Source of the DNA: Phyllobates terribilis
Taxonomy: Eukaryota
Direction: 5' to 3'
Assembly (NCBI RefSeq): GCF_046119375.1
Contig: NW_027362761.1
Location: 582,118,001 to 582,182,000 of the forward strand
DNA: 64,000 nucleotides
The first letter of the stretch is position 1. Each line of letters begins with the position of its first letter. Positions 11,180 to 22,949 of this stretch are shown here, in pieces. Both the position numbers and the translations under genes were made by a program. The notes beneath the pieces were generated by a model, which was given only the letters and a program-made list of their open reading frames with translations, made no database searches and had not been told where the DNA came from.

Positions 11180-11380
11180 TTAAACGCTGTATAGGAGGGG
11201 TTGAAAAACTGAATTTTTGTCGCAAGTGCAGAAAAACTAGATTTGCTTTTGCTTTCTATAGTAACAACTGAATTCTCCATAAAAGAAAGGATAATTTGCC
11301 TTCCGGTCTCTTTCTTCCTGACATTATCGAGAAAGAATTCTGCTGCCATCTTGTGGCCATAATGTATATTGCATGGTCTC

Positions 11381-11617
11381 TAAACTTGAACCTGTCATCA
11401 AGATTTAGCCCTATATATTAAAGGCATGGCTATAATGGCGCTGTGATGCTGATTAATATGATACTTGATGTGAAGTGGCTTCTGAATACTCACCTTATGA
11501 AGCGTGAGCCACTGATCAGATCCCTTCGTATCAGGTATCAGATTAATCAGCATCACAGCGCCATTATAGCCATGCCTCTAGTTTATAGGGCCAAATCTGC
11601 TGACAGATTCTCTTTAA
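11381..11617. mobile_element. T2/Kolobok-like MITE with ~75-bp imperfect TIRs
   Basis: Inverted arms containing GGCATGGCTATAATGGCGCTGTGATGCTGATTAAT; right end TGACAGATTCTCTTTAA. Confidence 0.65.
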
Positions 11618-12246
11618 GGGGTTGTTCCTTTTCAAATAAAATTTGTTGCTTGCTGCATTTTGCCATAAAAAAAACTGAACTGTACTTGATTTCTCCTGGT
11701 CCACCAGCAGTGGAGACTCGCTGATGGACCTGGGGAAGGTGAGTACAGAGCAGTCTTTTTATGAAAAAATGCGGCAAGGGGCGAATTTTACTTGAAAGGG
11801 AATGGCCACTATAACAGAGGTCTGATCTGAAAATAGATCTTCATCAGGCAGCTTCGTTCTATCCTCAGGTCCAGGGTCGGACTGGCCTGGCGGGGTATTG
11901 GGGAATTCCCCAGTGGGCCCTTGCTGCAGAGAGGGGGTAGAAGAATGAATAAAAAAAAATGCTTGCGGTTTTTAGGGACACAGGCCCTTTAAAAGCGCAG
12001 GCAGAGCATTTGCATTACCTGAACAGCCGCGTCGCACGTCCTGATGAATTGTGCTTCTAACATCGCCGGCGTATGAGGTCACTGTCATGCACGTGCTGCG
12101 GGCGTACTCAAGTCAGCCACCGGCCTCTGCTAGATAGCCGCACATTTTAAGACAAGCTTGCCGGATCAAAGCAGAGGAGGCACCGCACGGCGGTGGGGGC
12201 GTAGGAAGGTAAGAGGACATTTTTTTCTTTCTGTGTGGATCCGGAA

Positions 12247-13290
12247 CAGGATGGGGGCCACGATGGATATATGGGGTGGGGAAGGGGGTGGGAGGGCAGG
12301 CTGGACACATGGGGAGCCAGGATGGATGTATGGGTGGGCAGGCTGGACACATGGGTGCGGGCAGAATAGATATATGGGGGGGTGCAGGATGGATATATGG
12401 GGGTGGGCTGGCTGGATATATGGGGGCCAGGATGGATATATTGGGGGGGGGCAGATTGGAGACGTGAGGGCCAGGCTGGATATATGGGGGGCAGGCTGGA
12501 CACATGGGTGCGGGCAGAATAGATATATGGGGGGGCACAGGATGGATATATGGGGGTGGGCTGGCTGGATATATGGGGGCCAGGATGGATATATTGGGGG
12601 GGGGCAGATTGGAGACGTGAGGGCCAGGCTGGATATATGGGGGGCAGGCTGGACACATGGGTGCGGGCAGAATAGATATATGGGGGGGGCGCAGGATGGA
12701 TATATGGGGGTGGGCTGGCTGGATATATGGGGGCCAGGATGGATATATTGGGGGGGCAGATTGGACACGTGAGGGCCAGGCTGGATATATGGGTGGGCAG
12801 GCTGGACACATGGGTGCGGGCAGAATAGATATATGGGGGGGTGCAGGATGGATATATGGGGGTGGCCTGGCTGGATATATGGGGGCCAGGATGGATATAT
12901 TGGGGGGGGCAGATTGGACACGTGAGTGCCAGGCTGGATATATGGGGGGCAGGCTGAACACATGGGTGCAAGCAGAATGGATATATGGGGGGGGGGGCAG
13001 GATGGATATATGGGGTCCAGGATGGATATAATGGGGAGGGGCAGATTGGAAAAATAGGGGTCAGGCTGGATATATGGGGGGGCAGGCTGGACACATGGGG
13101 GCCAGGATAGATATATGGGGGGGCAGGCTGGACACATAGTGGGGAAGGATGGATATTTTGGGGGGAGGGCAGACTGGACAAATTGGGGCCAGGTTGGACA
13201 CAATGGGGGCCAGGTTGGACACAATGGGGGCCAGGATGGATATATGGGGGGGGGAGGGGCAGGCAGGACACATGGGGGCCAGGCCGGACA
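12247..13290 (+). repeat. G-rich minisatellite with 153-bp higher-order period
   Basis: GCAGAAT marker recurs at 12361, 12514, 12667, 12820, 12972; subunits of type GGxTGGAyAyATGGGGG. Confidence 0.9.
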
Positions 13291-14345
13291 AGGGTCATGG
13301 GGGACCAGGCTAGGGGACTTAATTACTGTTTGGGGGCCAGATTGAAGAACATACATTATTAATTTATGGTAGCAAGTGGGGAACATAATTAATTTAGGGT
13401 CCAATTAGGGACATTATTACTTCTGTAATATAATTTGCTTTTTAGGAAACAGTTTTCCATGGGGGGACGGGACAAAAAGGAGGTTCTGTTACTGTGCAGA
13501 GAGGCACTATGTCTCCATCTGGTGTAGTGTATAAGTTAGGGAAAACGTGTGGAATGTGCTCTAGAAGAGATCAGCTATTGATAACTATGTGTTATTTTCT
13601 GCAGAGATGAGTCCTGGAGGGAAAAAGTGATGGCGAGGGAAGAAAAAAAGTAAGATGAATGACTTCACCTAGAGACATCACTGGTGAGTCATTGTATTAC
13701 ATGTACACTTAAACTATACAGTATATATAGAGTTCCTGTATATGTCACTGATGATCACTGCATTGCCTGTACACTGACATTGTATACAGGGCTCCTATGT
13801 GTAATGTCACTGGTGATCACTGCTTTACCTGTACACTATATACAGAGCTCCTGTGTATAATATCACCGGTGATCACTGTATTAACTGTACAATATTTACT
13901 ATATACAGAGCTCCTTTGTATAATGTCACTGATGATCACTGGTTTACCTGTACACTTACACTATACACTGTATATTATATACAGAGATCCGGTGTATAAT
14001 GTCACTGGTGGTAATAACAGTATTAGTATTGTAGCTTGTATTCATGAACATCATTGTAGTATTTGGTCACTATGTGGTGGTAATATGTAATCTGGTCATG
14101 GTGTGGCGATATTTGTTCCTTGTATGTGGTGTTATTTGGTCACTATGTGGGGGTAATATGAGATCTGGTTATGGTGCAACTGTATTAATTGCCTGTATGT
14201 GATATTATTATTAATGTGGTCTGGTCATGGTGTAGCAGTATTTGTCCCTCGTACTGTATGTGGTATTATTCAGTCACTATGTGGTCTGGTCACAGTTTGG
14301 TGGTATTTGTCCCTTGTATGTGGTACTATTGGTGTTGGTATAGTG

Positions 14346-16264
14346 CAGGGGTCCTCAAACTATGGCCCGCGGGCCCCATGTGGCCCGTGGAGGACTTTTA
14401 TCTGGCCCGCCGGGCTATGAACGGAGGAGAGGAGAGCGGTGCCATTGCCTGCCCTTCCCCCCGCTTGCTCAGGGCCCCGGCAGGCGGATACTTACCTCTC
14501 CCCGTGCCTCTGCAGATCCGCTGTCTTCCTGCTCTGCGCTTCCTGTGACGTCTCAGGTCAGAGGGTGCGGTGACTTCTTTACACCGTGCCCTCCCGAGAG
14601 CCGTCACAGGCAGCACAGAGCGGGACAACGCAGCCGCGACGCTGGAGTCCAGACCAGAGTAGAGCAGCGGCAGCAGGTGAGGAGGAGTGAGGTGAGTATT
14701 GGATTTTTTTTTTTTTTTTAATGTATGGAGGTCATTATATGGGGGGGGGGTGACATCCTGCAAGGGGTATAATATGGGGGCGTGACATCCTGCATGGGGC
14801 ATGATATGGGGGTTGACATCCTGCATGGGGCATTATATGGGGGGGTGACATGCTGCATGTGGCATTATATGGGGGGGTGACATGCTGCATGTGGCATTAT
14901 ATGGGGGGTGACATGCTGCATGGGGCATTATATGGGGGGTGACATGCTGCATGGGGAATTATAAAGACAGGGGAGTGATATCCTGCATGGGGCATTATAT
15001 GGGGGGTGACATCCTGCATGGGGCATTATATGGGGGGGTGACATGCTGCATGTGGCATTATATGGGGGGGTGGCATGCTGCATGTGGCATTATATGGGGG
15101 GGTGACATGCTGCATGGGGCATTATATGGGGGGTGACATGCTGCATGGGGCATTATGTGGGGGGTGACATGCTGCATGGGGCATTATATGGGGGGTGACA
15201 TGCTGCATGGGGCATTATATGGGGGGGTGACATGCTGCATGGGGAATTATAAAGACAGGGGAGTGATATCCTGCATGGGGCATTATATGGGGGGTGACAT
15301 CCTGCATGGGGCATTATATGGGGGGTGACATCTTGCATGGGGCATTATATGGGGGGTGACATCCTGCATGGGGCATTATATGGGGGGGGGTGACATCCTG
15401 CATGGGGCATTATATGGGGGGGAAAGGAACATCCTGCATGGGGCATTATATGAGGGGAAAGGGGACATCCTGCATGGGGCATAATATGGGGGGGGTGACA
15501 TGCTGCATGGGGCATTATATGGGGGGGGTGACATGCTGCATGGGGCATTATATGGGGGTGGCATCCAGCATGGGGCATTATAAGGGGGGAACAGCCGGCA
15601 TGGATGGGGCATCATAAGGGGTGGAACAGCCTGCATATGGCATTATAAGGGGGAAACAGCCTGCCTATTGGGGACATTTACCTGCCTATTGGGGACCTAT
15701 GCTGCCTATTGGGTACATTTACCTGCCTATTGGGGACCTATGCTGCCTATTGGGGACATTTACCTGCCTATTGGGGACCTATGCTGCCTATTGGGGATAT
15801 TTACCTGCCTATTGGGGACATTTACCTGCCTATTGGGGACATTTACCTGCCTATTGAGGACCTATGCTGCCTATTGGGGACATTTACCTGCCTATTGGGA
15901 ACCTATGCTGCCTATTGGGGACATTTACCTGCCTATTGGGGACCTATGCTGCCTATTGGGGACATTTACCTGCCTATTGGGGACATTTACCTGCCTATTG
16001 GGTACATTTACCTGCCTATTGGGGACCTATGCTGCCTATTGGGGACATTTACCTGCCTATTGAAATACCGGTTGATTTAACTTTACTTGTTCTTCATTTT
16101 AAATATTGTATTTGTTCCTGTATTGTTTTTTTTACGTCAAAATAAGATATGTGCAGTGTACATAGGAATTTGTTCATAGTTTTTTTTAAAAACTATAGTC
16201 CGGCCCTCCAATGGTCTGAGGGACCGTGAACTGGCCCCCTGTTTAAAAAGTTTGAGGACCCCTG
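14346..16264. mobile_element. Non-autonomous hAT element, 1919 bp
   Basis: Perfect 16-bp TIR CAGGGGTCCTCAAACT and perfect 8-bp TSD GTATAGTG (14338-14345, 16265-16272); no transposase. Confidence 0.92.
14731..16062 (+). repeat. Two minisatellites inside the hAT element (~31-bp unit to ~15640; 20/21-bp unit 15660-16062)
   Basis: Units CATGCTGCATGGGGCATTATATGGGGGGGTGA and CTGCCTATTGGGGACATTTAC / CTGCCTATTGGGGACCTATG. Confidence 0.92.
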
Positions 16265-17939
16265 GTATAGTGGATTGTGTTGTGTATGGCGGTCATTTGT
16301 TCTGTGTGATATTAATTAGGAGAAGATTCTTTATTTCCATTAGTGATTAAATACTTGGAACAAGATGCACTTACAGGGGTTCTGCGGGGAAAACAAGTAA
16401 TCACCGCTCCACAGGATAAGTGATATATTATTGATTAGTGGGGGTCTGAATGCTGGGACCTGCACCGATTTGCAGAATGTGGAGTTTTTATCCCCATTAG
16501 ACTGGAGCTCATGTGCGACTTGACCACTGATCCATTCATTCCCTCAGTGGCTGTTCTTGTTTTTTTTCTGGAAGTCCCCAAGAGAATGAATGAGACTGCG
16601 GTCAGACATCCCACCTGCCGCTGCATTTTAAAATAGGGATAAGTGTCCTGACAGGGATAAAACGTCCCCATTCTTCCGATCGGTGCGGATTCCAAAGGTC
16701 GGAACTAAACGATCAATAAGTGATCACCGATCCTGTGGAGCCCATGGATAGGTGATAACTTGTTTTAACCAAAGAACCACTTTAATGCAAACTACCGGAA
16801 TTGTACATCCCAGTCATAGTGGTGCACGGTATATGTGCAGGAGCCGCCTGTGATTTACAGCCAATGCTCCACTGTAACAGGGATAAGGGCTAACAGGTAT
16901 TTGCATATACAGTAGCTGTAGGGTGGGTCCCTAGGGTCAATTCCTCCTGTGGGCTCCAGACACCCCAGTCCGATCTCACTCCATTTCCCCCCTGAAGGGT
17001 GAGTTTTTAAATTGCAGCATTTCTAGACAAACATAAATCAAAGTACTTGGCACATAATGAGTTAATTTACATAAGTACAAGTGGATCTTATCAGATGGTT
17101 TTCATTGGGGGCGTGTACTTCAGCCTCCTGTAAGATTCTGACCAATCTTAAGCAGGCAGCAGCACACATCACAAAAAGAACACACCCACACCAGAGATTA
17201 GAGCAGATTTCTCAGTGTGTGAGATGTAAGGAAACAGCTCTGATCTCGGGGTCTAACCTCCTGTATGATTAGAAAGTGTGGGGAGTGTATGGATGATTAA
17301 TACCTTTCAGATAAAATCACTGCAGTCAGTGTAGGGGAGGGCCAGCACAGTTGAATTTAGCTGTGTCACATTACAAACCCTTCTATCAGCTCTCCTCTCA
17401 TAGCACTGTCACCTCTAGTGTGCTGCCTCTACCCTCACATGGACTGCTGGGACCTTGTCTGAAAGGTGTTAGTCATCTATGCATTTTCTAATCATGCAGG
17501 AGATTAGAACAGGAGACCATGGCTGTGTCATTACATCTCACGCACTAAAAAAATTGCTCAAAACTATGGTGGAGGTGTGTTTTGTTTTTCTGCTGTGTTG
17601 GTGCCTGCTTATAACTGGGCAACATCTTACAGGAGAAAGTACACGCCCTGAGTGAAAATAATCTGATAACATCCACTTAGACACCTGATCTGCAGCCACT
17701 ATTACATCGTGTAGCCAGTTAAACAAGAACAATTTAGGAAAGGTCCTCTTTAATTACACCCTGTAACTACACCTATTTACTATTCTCCTTTGATATAGGA
17801 ATAGAGCAACATAAAGCAGCTGAGGCGGATTTGTCATTGAACATGCACCTGATTGTCCTCACTGACTAAAAGGAGCACAGTCAACTTACTGTCAAGATCC
17901 CCATCATATAACACACCTACGCTATTGTTCTTGTAAGTC

Positions 17940-20900
17940 CATGCTTCTCAGCGCTCCACTCTGCCCTCATGTTATCTCCTCAGTGTTTCTCTCTCCTCTC
18001 AGGCCGTCTCCACTAACGCCTCCTCTGCGTTCCTCTCTTCTCTCATGCCGCCTCCTCTGCATTCCTCTCTTCTCTCATGTCGCTTCCTCTGCGTTCCTCT
18101 CTTCTCTCATGTCGCTTCCTCTGCGTTCCTCTCTTCTCTCATGCCGCCTCCTCTGCGTTCCTCTCTTCTCTCATGTCGCCTCCTCTGCGTTCCTCTCTTC
18201 TCTCACGCTGCCTCCTCTGCGTTCCTCTCTTCTCTCATGCCGCCTCCTCTGCGTTCCTCTCTTCTCTCATGTCGCTTCCTCTGCGTTCCTCTCTTCTCTC
18301 ATGCTGCATGTTCTGCGTTCCTCTTCTCGCATGCCGCCTCCTCTGCGTTCCTCTCCTCTCATACCGCCTCCTCAGCGTTCCTGTGTTCTCTCATGCCGCC
18401 TCCTCTACGTTCCTCTCTTCTCTCATGCCGCCTCCTCTGCGTTCCTCTCTTCTCTCATGCTGCCTGTTCTGCGTTCCTCTTCTCGCATGCCGCCTCCTCT
18501 GCGTTCCTGTGTTCTCTCATGCCGCCTCCTCTGCGTTCCTCTCTTCTCTCATGCCGCCTCCTCTGCGTTCCTCTCTTCTCTCATGCCGCCTCCTCTGCGT
18601 TCCTCTCTTCTCTCATGCCGCCTCCTTAGCGTTCCTCTCTTCTCTCATGCCTCCTCTGCGTTCCTCTCTTCTCTCATGCTGCCTCCACAGCGTTCCTGTG
18701 TTCTCTCATGCCGCCTCCTCTGCGTTCCTCTCTTCTCTCATGCCGCCTCCTCTGCGTTCCTCTCTTCTCTCATGCCGCCTCCTCTGCGTTCCTCTCTTCT
18801 CTCATGCCGCCTCCTCTGCGTTCCTCTCTTCTCTCATGTCGCTTCCTCTGCGTTCCTCTCTTCTCTCATGCTGCATGTTCTGCGTTCCTCTTCTCGCATG
18901 CCGCCTCCTCTGCGTTCCTCTCCTCTCATACCGCCTCCTCAGCGTTCCTGTGTTCTCTCATGCCGCCTCCTCTACGTTCCTCTCTTCTCTCATGCCGCCT
19001 CCTCTGCGTTCCTCTCTTCTCTCATGCTGCCTGTTCTGCGTTCCTCTTCTCGCATGCCGCCTCCTCTGCGTTCCTGTGTTCTCTCATGCCGCCTCCTCTG
19101 CGTTCCTCTCTTCTCTCATGCCGCCTCCTCTGCGTTCCTCTCTTCTCTCATGCCGCCTCCTCTGCGTTCCTCTCTTCTCTCATGCCGCCTCCTTAGCGTT
19201 CCTCTCTTCTCTCATGCCTCCTCTGCGTTCCTCTCTTCTCTCATGCTGCCTCCACAGCGTTCCTGTGTTCTCTCATGCCGCCTACTCTGCGTTCCTCTCT
19301 TCTCTCATGCCGCCTCCTCTGCGTTCCTCTCTTCTCTCATGCCGCCTCCTCTGCGTTCCTCTCTTCTCTCATGCCGCCTCCTCAGCGTTCCTGTGTTCTC
19401 TCATGCCACTTCCTCTTCGTTCCTCTCTTCTCTCATGCCGCCTCCTCTGCGTTCCTCTCTTCTCTCATGTCGCTTCCTCTGCGCTCCTCTCTTCTCTCAT
19501 GTCCCTTCCTCAGCGTTCCTCTCTTCTCTCACGCTGCCTCCTCTGCGATCCTCTCTTCTCTCATGCCGCCTCCTCTGCGTTCCTCTCTTCTCTCATGCAG
19601 CCTCCTCTGCGTTCCTCTCTTCTCTCATGCTGCATGTTCTGCGTTCCTCTTCTCGCATGCCGCCTTCTCTGCGTTCCTCTCCTCTCATACCGCCTCCTCA
19701 GCGTTCCTGTGTTCTCTCATGCCGCCTCCTCTACGTTCCTCTCTTCTCTCATGCCGCCTCCTCTGCGTTCCTCTCTTCTCTCATGCTGCCTGTTCTGCGT
19801 TCCTCTTCTCGCATACCGCCTCCTCTGCGTTCCTCTCTTCTCTCATACCGCCTCCTCAGCGTTCCTGTGTTCTCTCATGCCGCCTCCTCTGCGTTCCTCT
19901 CTTCTCTCATGCCGCCTCCTCTGCGTTCCTCTCTTCTCTCATGCCGCCTCCTTAGCGTTCCTCTCTTCTCTCATGCCTCCTCTGCGTTCCTCTCTTCTCT
20001 CATGCTGCCTCCAAAGCGTTCCTGTGTTCTCTCATGCCGCCTCCTCTGCGTTCCTCTCTTCTCTCATGCCGCCTCCTCTGCGTTCCTCTCTTCTCTCATG
20101 CCGCCTCCTCTGCGTTCCTCTCTTCTCTTATGCCGCCTCCTCAGCGTTCCTGTGTTCTCTCATGCCGCTTCCTCTTCGTTCCTCTCTTCCCTCATGCCGC
20201 CTCCTCTGCGTTCCTCTCTTCTCTCATGCCGCCTCCTTAGCGTTCCTCTCTTCTCTCATGCCTCCTCTGCGTTCCTCTCTTCTCTCATGCTGCCTCCTCA
20301 GCGTTCCTGTGTTCTCTCATGCCGCCTCCTCTTCATTCCTCTCTTCTCTCATGCCGCCTCCTCTGCGTTCCTCTCTTCTCTCACGCTGCCTCCACAGCGT
20401 TCCTGTGTTCTCTCACGCTGCCTCCTCTGCGTTCCTCTCTTATCTCATGCTTCCTCCTCTGCGTTCCTCTCTTCTCTCAGGCTGTCTCCTCAGCGTGAGA
20501 GAACACAGGAATGCTGCCTCCTCTGCGTTCCTCTCTTCTCTCATGCCGCCTCCTCTGCGTTCCTCTCTTCTCTCATGCCGCCTCCTCTGCGTTCCTCTCT
20601 TCTCTCATGCCGCCTCCTCTGCGTTCCTCTCTTCTCTCATGCTGCATGTTCTGCGTTCCTCTTCTCGCATGCTGCCTCCTCTGCGTTCCTCTCTTCTCTC
20701 ATTCCGTCCTCCTCTGCGTTCCTCTCTTCTCTCATTCCGCCTCCTCTGCGTTCCTCTCTTCTCTCATGCCGCCTCCTCTGCGTTCCTCTCTTCTCTCATG
20801 CCGCCTCCTCTGCGTTCCTCTCTTCTCTCATGCCGCCTCCTCTGCGTTCCTCTCTTCTCTCATGCCGCCTCCTCTGCGTTTCTCTCTTCTCTCATGCCGC

Positions 20901-22642
20901 CTCCTCAGTGTTCCTGTGTTCTCTCATGCCACCTCCTCTGCGTTCCTCTCTTCACGCATGCCGCCTCCTCTGCGTTCCTCTCTTCTCTCATGCTGCCTCC
21001 TCTGCGTTCCTGTGTTCTCACGCTGCCTCCTCTGCGTTCCTCTCTTCTCTCTCAAGTCGCCTCCTCAGCGTTCCTCTTCTCTCACGCTGCCTCCTCTGCA
21101 TTCCTCTCTTCTCTCACACTGCCTCCTCTGCGTTCCTCTCTTCTCTCATGCCACCTCCTCTGCGTTCCTCTCTTCTCTCATGCCACCTCCTCAGCGTTTC
21201 TCTCTTCTCTCATGCCGCCTCCTCAGTGTTCCTGTGTTCTCTCATGCCACCTCCTCTGCGTTCCTCTCTTCACGCATGCCGCCTCCTCTGCATTCCTTTC
21301 TTCTCTCACGCTGCCTCCTCTGCGTTCCTCTCTTCTCTCATGCTGCCTCCTCTGCGTTCCTCTCTTCTCTCATGCTGCCTCCTCTGCGTTCCTCTATTCT
21401 CTCTCAGGTCACCTCCTCAGCGTTCCTCTCTTCTCTCTCAGGTCACCTCCTCAGCGTTCCTCTCTTCTCTCTCAGGTCACCTCCTCAGCGTTCCTCTCTT
21501 ATCTCATGCTTCCTCCTCTGCGTTCCTCTCTTCTCTCAGGCTGTCTCCTCAGCGTGAGAGAACACAGGAATGCTGCCTCCTCTGCGTTCCTCTCTTCTCT
21601 CATGCCGCCTCCTCTGCGTTCCTCTCTTCTCTCATGCCGCCTCCTCTGCGTTCCTCTCTTCTCTCATGCCGCCTCCTCTGCGTTCCTCTCTTCTCTCATG
21701 CCGCCTCCTCTGCGTTCCTCTCTTCTCTCATGCTGCATGTTCTGCGTTCCTCTTCTCGCATGCTGCCTCCTCTGCGTTCCTCTCTTCTCTCATTCCGTCC
21801 TCCTCTGCGTTCCTCTCTTCTCTCATTCCGCCTCCTCTGCGTTCCTCTCTTCTCTCATGCCGCCTCCTCTGCGTTCCTCTCTTCTCTCATGCCGCCTCCT
21901 CTGCGTTCCTCTCTTCTCTCATGCCGCCTCCTCTGCGTTCCTCTCTTCTCTCATGCCGCCTCCTCTGCGTTTCTCTCTTCTCTCATGCCGCCTCCTCAGT
22001 GTTCCTGTGTTCTCTCATGCCACCTCCTCTGCGTTCCTCTCTTCACGCATGCCGCCTCCTCTGCGTTCCTCTCTTCTCTCATGCTGCCTCCTCTGCGTTC
22101 CTGTGTTCTCACGCTGCCTCCTCTGCGTTCCTCTCTTCTCTCTCAAGTCGCCTCCTCAGCGTTCCTCTTCTCTCACGCTGCCTCCTCTGCATTCCTCTCT
22201 TCTCTCACACTGCCTCCTCTGCGTTCCTCTCTTCTCTCATGCCACCTCCTCTGCGTTCCTCTCTTCTCTCATGCCACCTCCTCAGCGTTTCTCTCTTCTC
22301 TCATGCCGCCTCCTCAGTGTTCCTGTGTTCTCTCATGCCACCTCCTCTGCGTTCCTCTCTTCACGCATGCCGCCTCCTCTGCATTCCTTTCTTCTCTCAC
22401 GCTGCCTCCTCTGCGTTCCTCTCTTCTCTCATGCTGCCTCCTCTGCGTTCCTCTCTTCTCTCATGCTGCCTCCTCTGCGTTCCTCTCTTCTCTCTCAGGT
22501 CACCTCCTCAGCGTTCCTCTCTTCTCTCTCAGGTCACCTCCTCAGCGTTCCTCTCTTCTCTCTCAGGTCACCTCCTCAGCGTTCCTCTCTTCTCTCTCAG
22601 GTCACCTCCTCAGAGTTCCTCTCTTCTCTCTCAGGGCACCTC
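17940..22642 (+). repeat. 32-bp pyrimidine-rich minisatellite, left domain
   Basis: Unit CTCTCATGCCGCCTCCTCTGCGTTCCTCTCTT with variants; ~567-bp and 1059-bp block duplications. Confidence 0.97.
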
Positions 22643-22949
22643 TAGTGATGAGCGAGTATGTTTTGTTAACCCTTTGGCCGAGTATACTCGGGCGAGCACC
22701 GAGTATTTATAGCGTGCTCAGGCTTTAAGTTTTTGTCACTCCGTGAACATGATTTGCGACTGACAGATTTAATACATGTGAGGAATGCTGGAAAAACAGG
22801 CATTCCTCACATGTATTAAATCTGTCAAACAGTTGCAAATCAAGTTCACGGAGCGAGGAAAACTTAAAGCCCGAGCACGCTATAAATACTCGGTGCTCGG
22901 CCGAGTATACTCGGCGAAAGGATTAACAAAACATACTCGCTCATCACTA
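22643..22949. mobile_element. 307-bp fold-back hAT-type MITE inserted in the minisatellite
   Basis: Near-complete palindrome beginning TAGTGATGAGCGAGTATG; 8-bp TSD GGCACCTC / GTCACCTC (7/8). Confidence 0.88.

Larger units (their letters stand above)
11872..16978. mobile_element. Probable composite non-autonomous DNA element that hosts minisatellites and a nested hAT
   Basis: Left CAGGGTCGGACTGG and right CCAGTCCGATC share the inverted TCGGACTGG motif; no TSD recovered. Confidence 0.4.

Noticed and set aside
12113-13404. Pro-rich and Gly-rich extensin-like ORFs
   Set aside because: Translations of the G-rich minisatellite on both strands; no splice context or unique domain.
17500-17930. Exon-like segments (17500-17574 EIRTGDHG...KTMVE; 17798-17930) with faint resemblance to TTC23L
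   Set aside because: Similarity is only suggestive by eye, phases do not join, and the second segment has stops in all frames; needs tBLASTn.
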